DNA of 64,000 nt from Eledone cirrhosa (lineage: Eukaryota): positions 272,490,001 through 272,554,000 of the forward strand of contig OZ024743.1 of the NCBI GenBank assembly GCA_964016885.1, given 5' to 3'. The translations under genes and the position numbers were made by a program. The notes beneath the pieces are model-generated. The model saw only the letters and a program-made list of their open reading frames with translations, did no database searches and was not told where the DNA came from. This document shows positions 55,101-64,000 of this stretch, in pieces (positions within the stretch are counted from its first letter, which is position 1; each line of letters begins with the position of its first letter).

Positions 55101-58100
55101 CGAAAGCAAACACGGCATCACAACACCTAAAACAACCACGATCTCCACAACAACTAAAACAACCACGACCATTTCAACAACTAAAACAACCACGAACATC
55201 ACAACAACTAAAACAACCACGACCATCACTACAAATAGAACAACTACGACCATCACAACTAAAACAACCACGGCATCACAACAACTAGAACAACACGACC
55301 TCCACAACAACTAAAACAACCACGACCATCACAAGAACTAAAACAACTACGACTATCACAACTAAAATAACCAGGGCATCACAACAACTAAAACAACACG
55401 ACCTCCACAACAACTAAAACAACCACGACCATCACAACAACTAAAACAACCACGACCATCACAACAACTAAAACAACCACGACGATCACAACTAAAGCAA
55501 ACTCGACAATCACAGCTAAAACAACCACGACCATCACAACAACTAAAACAACAACGACCATCACAACAACTAAAACAACCACGACCACCACAACAACTAA
55601 AACGACAACAACAATCACAAAAACTAAAACAACCACGACCATCACAACAACTAAAACAACTACGACCATCACAACTAAAACAACCACGACCATCACAACA
55701 ACTAAAACAAAAACGACCATCACAACCACTAAAAAAGCCAAGACGATCACAACCACTAAAACAACCACGACCATCACAACAATTAAAACAACCACGACCA
55801 TCACAACAACTAAAAGAACAACGACAATCACAACAACTAAAACTACCAGGACCATCACGACAACTAAAAGAACCACGACCATCACAGCAACTAAAACAAC
55901 CACGAACATCACAGCAACTAAAACAACCACGACCATCACAACAACTAAAACAACACGACCATCACAACAACTAAAACAACCACGACCATCACAAATAAAA
56001 CAACCCGACCATTACAACAACTAAAACAACCACGACCATCATAACAACTAAAACAACACGACCATCACAACAACTAAAACAACACGACCATCACAACAAC
56101 TAAAACAATCAAGACCATCACAACAACTAAAACAACCACGACCATCACAACAACTAAAACAACCACGACCATCACAACAACTAAAACAACCAAGACCATC
56201 TCAAATAAAACAACCCGACCATCACAACAACTAAAACAACCACGACCATCACAACAACTAAAACAACACGACCATCACAACAACTAAAACAACCTCGACC
56301 ATTACAACATCTAAAACAACATGAACATCACAACTAAAATAACCACGACCATCACAACAACTAAAACAACACGACCATCACAACAACTAAAAGAACAACG
56401 ACCATCACAACAACTAAAACAATCACGACCTCCACAACAAGTAAAACAACCACAACCGTCACAAAAACTAAAACAACCACGACCATCCCAGCAACTAAAA
56501 CAACCACGACCATCACAACAACTAAAACAACCACGACCATCCCAGCAACTAAAACAACCACGACCATCACAGCAAGTAAAACAAGCACGACCATCACAAT
56601 AACTAAAACAAGCACGACCATCACAACAACTAAAACAATCACGACCATCACAACAACTAAAACAACCACGACCATCACAACAACTAAAACAACCACGACC
56701 ATCACAACTAAAACAACACGACCATCACAACAACTAAAACAACACGACCATCACAACAACTAAAACAACCACGACCATTACAACAACTAAAACAACACGA
56801 ACATCACAACTAAAACAAACACGACCATCACAGCAATTAAAACAACCACAACCATCACAATAATTAAACAACACGACCATCACAACAACTAAAACCACCA
56901 CCACCATCACAACCACTAAAACAAACACGACCATCGCAAGAACTAAAACAATCACGACCATCACAACTAAAACAACCACGACCACCACAACAACTAAAAT
57001 AACCAGGACCACCACAACAACTAAAACAACACGACCATCTCAACAACTAAAACCACCACGACCATCACAACACTAAAACAACACGACCAACACAACTAAA
57101 ACAACCACGACCTTCACAACTAAAACAACACGACCATCACAACAACTAAAACAACCACGACCATCACGACTAAAACAACACGACCATCACAACAACTAAA
57201 ACTACCACGCCCTCCACAACAATTAAAACAACCACGACCATCACAACAATTAAAAGAACCACGATAATCACAACCATTAAAACAACCACGACCTCCAAAA
57301 CAACTAAAACAACCACGACCATCACAGCAACTAAAAAAACCACGACCATCAAAACAAAAACAACCACGACCATCACAGAGAAAGCAAACACGACATCACA
57401 ACACCTAAAACAACCACGATCTCCACAACAACTAAAACAACCACGACCATTTCAACAACTAAAACAACCACGAACATCGCAACAACTAAAACAACCACGA
57501 CCATCACTACAAATAGAACAACTACGACCATCACAACTAAAACAACCACGGCATCACAACAACTAGAACAACACGACCTCCACAACAACTAAAACAACCA
57601 CGACCATCACAAGAACTAAAACAACTACGACTATCACAACTAAAATAACCAGGGCATCACAACAACTCAAACAACACGATCTCCACAACAACTAAAACAA
57701 CCACGACCATCACAACAACTAAAACAACCACGACCATCACAACAACTAAAACAACCACGACCATCACAACAACTAAAACAACAACAACCATCACAACAAC
57801 TAAAACAACCACGACCACCACAACAACTAAAACGACAACAACAATCAGAAAAACTAAAACAACCACGACCATCACAACAACTAAAACAACCACGACCATC
57901 ACAACTAAAACAACCACGACCATCACAACAACTAAAACAAAAACGACCATCACAACCACTAAAAAAGCCAAGACGATCACAACCACTAAAACAACCACGA
58001 CCATCACAACAATTAAAACAACCACGACCATCACAACAACTAAAAGAACAACGACAATCACAACAACTAAAACTACCAGGACCATCACGACAACTAAAAG

Positions 58101-61100
58101 AACCACGACCATCACAGCAACTAAAACAACCACGAACATCACAGCAACTAAAACAACCACGACCATCACAACAACTAAAACAACACGACCATCACAACAA
58201 CTAAAAGAACAACGACCATCACAACAACTGAAACGACCAGGACCATCACGACAACTAAAACAACCACGACAATCACAGCAACTAAAACAACCCCGACCAT
58301 CACAACAACTAAAACAAGCACGACCATCACAACAACTAAAACAATCACGACCATCAGAACAACTAAAACAACCACGACCATCACAACAACTAAAACAACC
58401 ACGAATATCACAAATAAAACAACCCGACCATCACAACAACTAAAACAACCACGACCATCATAACAACTAAAACAACACGACCATCACAACAACTAAAACA
58501 ACACGACCATCACAACAACTAAAACAACCTCGACCATTACAACATCTAAAACAACACGAACATCACAACTAAAATAACCACGACCATCACAACAATTAAA
58601 AAACCACGACCATCACAATAATTAAACAACACGACCATCACAACAACTAAAACCACCACCACCATCACTACAACTAAAACAACCACGACCATCACAACAA
58701 CTAAAACAACACGACCATCACAACAACTAAAAGAACAACGACCATCACAACAACTAAAACAATCACGACCTCCACAACAACTAAAACAACCACAACCGTC
58801 ACAAAAACTAAAACAACCACGACCATCACAACAACTAAAACAACCACGACCATCACCTTAACTAAAACAACCACGACCATCACAACTAAAACAACCACGA
58901 CCATCATAACAACTAAAAGAACCACGACCATCACAGCAACTAAAACAACCACGACCATCACAGCAACTAAAACACCCACGACCATCACAACAACTAAAAC
59001 AACACGACCATCACAACAACTAAAAGAACAACGACCATCACAACAACTAAAACGACCTGGACCATCACGACAACTAAAAGAACCACGACCATCACAGCAA
59101 CTACAACAACCACGACCATCACAGCAAATAAAACAACCACGACCATCACAATAACTAAAACAACCACGACCATCACAACAACTAAAACAATCACGACCAT
59201 CACAACAACTAAAACAACCACGACCATCACAACAACTAAAACAACCACGACCATCACAAATAAAACAACCCGACCATCACAACAACTAAAACAACCACGA
59301 CCATCATAACAACTAAAACAACACGACCATCACAACAACTAAAACAACACGACCATCACAACAACTAAAACAACCACGACCATTACAACAACTAAAACAA
59401 CACGAACATCACAACTAAAACAAACACGACCATCACAGCAATTAAAACAACCACGACCATCAAAATAATTAAACAACACGACCATCACAACAACTAAAAC
59501 CACCACCACCATCACAACCACTAAAACAACCACGACCATCGCAACAACTAAAACAACCACGACCATCACAACTAAAACAACTACGACCACCACAACAACT
59601 AAAATAACCAGGACCACCACAACAACTAAAACAACACGACCATCTCAATAACTAAAACCACCACGACCATCACAACACTAAAACAACACGACCAACACAA
59701 CTAAAACAACCACGACCTTCACAACTAAAACACCATGACCATCACAACAACTAAAACAAGCACGACCATCACAATAACTAAAACAATCACGACCATCACA
59801 ACAACTAAAACAATAACGACCATCACAACTAAAACAACAACGACCATCACAACAACTGAAACGACCAGGACCATCACGACAACTAAAACAACCACGACGA
59901 TCACAGCAACTAAAACAACCCCGACCATCACAACAACTAAAACAAGCACGACCATCACAACAACTAAAACAATCACGACCATCACAACAACTAAAACAAC
60001 CACGACCATCACAACAACTAAAACAACCACGACCATCACAAATAAAACAACCCGACCATCACAACAACTAAAACAACCACGACCATCATAACAACTAAAA
60101 CAACACGACCACCACAACAACTAAAACAACACGACCATCACAACAACTACAACAACCTCGACCATTACAACATCTAAAACAACACGAACATCACAACTAA
60201 AATAACCACGACCATCACAACAATTAAAACAACCACGACCATCACAATAATTAAACAACACGACCATCACAACAACTAAAACCACCACCATCATCACAAC
60301 CACTAAAACAACCACGACCATCGCAACAACTAAAACAACGACGACCATCACAACAACTAAAACAACACGACCATCACAACAACTAAAAGAACAACGACCA
60401 TCACAACAACTAAAACAATCACGACCTCCACAACAACTAAAACAACCACAACCGTCACAAAAACTAAAACAACCACGACCATCACAACAACTAAAACAAC
60501 CACGACCATCACAACAACTAAAACAACCACGACCATCACAACTAAAACATCCACGACCATCATAACAATTAAAAGAACCACGACCATCACAGCAAGTAAA
60601 ACAACCACGACCATCACAGCAACTAAAACACCCACGACCATCACAACAACTAAAACAACACGACCATCACAACAACTAAAAGAACAACGACCATCACAAC
60701 AACTAAAACGACCTGGACCATCACGACAACTAAAAGAACCACGACCATCACAGCGACTACAACAACCACGACCATCACAGCAAATAAAACAACCACGACC
60801 ATCACAATAACTAAAACAACCACGACCATCACAACAACTAAAACAATCACGACCATCACAACAACTAAAACAACCACGACCATCACAACAACTAAAACAA
60901 CCACGACCATCACAAATAAAACAACCCGACCATCACAACAACTAAAACAACCACGACCATCATAACAACTAAAACAACAAGACCATCACAACAACTAAAA
61001 CAACACGACCATCACAACAACTAAAACAACCACGACCATTACAACAACTAAAACAACACGAACATCACAGCAATTAAAACAACCACGACCATCAAAATAA

Positions 61101-64000
61101 TTAAACAACACGACCATCACAACAACTAAAACCACCACCATCATCACAACCACTAAAACAACCACGACCATCGCAACAACTAAAACAACCACGACCATCA
61201 CAACTAAATCAACCACGACCACCACAACAACTAAAATAATCAGGACCACCACAACAACTAAAACAACACGACCATCACAACACTAAAACAACACGACCAA
61301 CACAACTAAAACAACCATGACCTTCACAACTAAAACAACATGACCATCACAACAACAAAAACAAGCACGACCATCACAATAACTAAAACAATCACGACCA
61401 TCACAACAACTAAAACAATAACGACCATCACAACTAAAACAACCACGACCACCACAACAACTAAAAGAACCACGACCATCACAGCAACTAAAACAACCAC
61501 GACCATCACAGCAACTAAAACACCCACGACCATCACAACAACTAAAACAACACGACCATCACAACAACTAACAGAACAACGACCATCACAACAACTAAAA
61601 CGACCAGGAACATCACGACAACTAAAAGAACCACGACCATCACAGCAACTAAAACAACCACGACCATCACAGCAAATAAAACAAGCACGACCATCACAAT
61701 AACTAAAACAAGCACGACCATCACAACAACTAAAACAATCACGACCATCACAACAACTAAAACAACCACGACCATCACAACAACTAAAACAACCACGACC
61801 ATCACAAATAAAACAACCCGACCATCACAACAACTAAAACAACCACGATCATCATAACAACTAAAACAACACGTCCATCACAACAACTAAAACAACACGA
61901 CCATCACAACAACTAAAACAACCACGACCATTACAACAACTAAAACAACACAAACATCACAACTAAAACAAACACGACCATCACAGCAATTAAAACAACC
62001 ACGACCATCACAATAATTAAACAACACGACCATCACAACAACTAAAACCACCACCACCATCACAACCACTAAAACAAACACGACCATCGCAAGTACTAAA
62101 ACAACCACGACCATCACAACTAAAACAACCACGACCACCACAACAACTAAAATAACCAGGACCACCACAACAACTAAAACAACACGACCATCTCAACAAC
62201 TAAAACCACCACGACCATCACAACACTAAAACAACACGACCAACACAACTAAAACAACCACGACCTTCACAACTAAAACAACAGGACCATCACAACAACT
62301 AAAACAAACACGACCATCACGACTAAAACAACACGACCATCACAACAACTAAAACAACCACGCCCTCCACAACAATTAAAACAACCACGACCATCACAAC
62401 AATTAAAAGAACCACGATAATCACAACCATTAAAACAACCACGACCTCCAAAACAACTAAAACAACCACGACCATCACAGCAACTAAAAAAACACGACAA
62501 TCAAAACAAAAACAACCACGAACATCACAGCGAAAACAAACACGGCATCACAACACCTAAAACAACCACGATCTCCACAACAACTAAAACAACCACGACC
62601 ATTTCAACAACTAAAACAACCACGAACATCACAACAACTAAAACAACCACGACCATCACTACAAATAGAACAACTACGACCATCACAACTAAAACAACCA
62701 CGGCATCACAACAACTAGAACAACACGACCTCCACAACAACTAAAACAACCACGACCATCACAACAACTAAAACAACCACGACCATCACAACAACTAAAA
62801 CAACTACGACTATCACAACTAAAATAACCAGGGCATCACAACAACTAAAACAACACGACCTCCACAACAACTAAAACAACCACGACCATCACAACAACTA
62901 AAACAACCACGGCCATCACAGCAACTTAAACAACCACGACTATCACAACAACTAAAACAACCACGACCATCACAACTAAAGCAAACTCGACAATCACAGC
63001 TAAAACAACCACGACCATCACAACAACTAAAACAACCACGACCACCACAACAACTAAAACGACAACAACAATCACAAAAACTAAAACAACCACGACCATC
63101 ACAACAACTAAAACAACCACGACCATCACACCTAAAACAACCACGACCATCACAACAACTAAAACAAAAACGACCATCACAACCACTAAAAAAGCCAAGA
63201 CGATCACAACCACTAAAACAACCACGACCATCACAACAATTAAAACAACCACGACCATCACAACAACTAAAAGAACAACGACAATCACAACAACTAAAAC
63301 TACCAGGACCATCACGACAACTAAAAGAACCACGACCATCACAGCAACTAAAACAACCACGAACATCACAGCAACTAAAACAACCACTACCATCACAACA
63401 ACTGAAACGACCAGGACCATCACGACAACTAAAACAACCACGACGATCACAGCAACTAAAACAACCCCGACCATCACAACAACTAAAACAAGAACGACCA
63501 TCACAACAACTAAAACAATCACGACCATCACAACAACTAAAACAACCACGACCATCACAACAACTAAAACAACCACGAGCATCACAAATAAAACAACCCG
63601 ACCATCACAACAACTAAAACAACCACGACCATCATAACAACTAAAACAACACGACCATCACAACAACTAAAACAACACGACCATCACAACAACTAAAACA
63701 ACCACGACCATTACAACATCTAAAACAACACGAACATCACAACTAAAATAACCACGACCATCACAACAATTAAAACAACCACGACCATCACAATAATTAA
63801 ACAACACCACCATCACAACAACTAAAACAACCACGACCATCACAACAACTAAAACAACACGACCATCACAACAACTAAAAGAACAACGACCATCACAACA
63901 ACTAAAACCATCACGACCTCCACAACAACTAAAACAACCACAACCGTCACAAAAACTAAAACAACCACGACCATCACAACAACTAAAACAACCACGACCA
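46105..64000. repeat. A/C-rich satellite, consensus 27-bp ACAACCACGACCATCACAACAACTAAA with 24- and 26-bp variants and higher-order repeats; runs off the window
   Basis: Continuous tandem array; identical ORF-track peptides recur at offsets of 1666 (48438/50104) and 1656 (58994/60650), near-identical ones at 2927 (53807/56734). Confidence 0.98.

Noticed and set aside
46355-63585. Many Val-rich and Cys/Gly-rich minus-strand ORFs
   Set aside because: Antisense readings of the satellite monomer; short, repetitive and without independent gene signals
46105-64000. CRISPR-like regular repeats
   Set aside because: Head-to-tail monomers with no unique spacers, eukaryotic context and no cas genes

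Overview
AT-rich eukaryotic DNA, most likely octopod cephalopod; this is inferred from tRNA-derived SINE families I recall from octopus and the dense (TA)n/(CA)n microsatellites. One intact gene is present: a SAXO/FAM154-like axonemal microtubule protein with an uninterrupted CDS (10732-12084, minus). Bases 1-46000 hold SINEs, CRE and RTE LINE fragments, a non-autonomous Helitron and three Penelope-like (PLE) remnants. They also hold about ten fold-back inverted duplications, most anchored at (TA)n tracts. Many of these carry minimal type-I hammerhead ribozymes read by eye, including a compensatory U3-A8 core variant and an ORF-less ribozyme-plus-tail family with several copies. From about 46100 to the window end lies an 18 kb 24/26/27-bp satellite with higher-order repeats. 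It reads as frameshifted Thr-rich mucin-like sequence and may be the runaway stalk exon of a decayed CUB-domain gene upstream (inference). All family assignments come from motif recognition, not database searches, and repeat boundaries are approximate.
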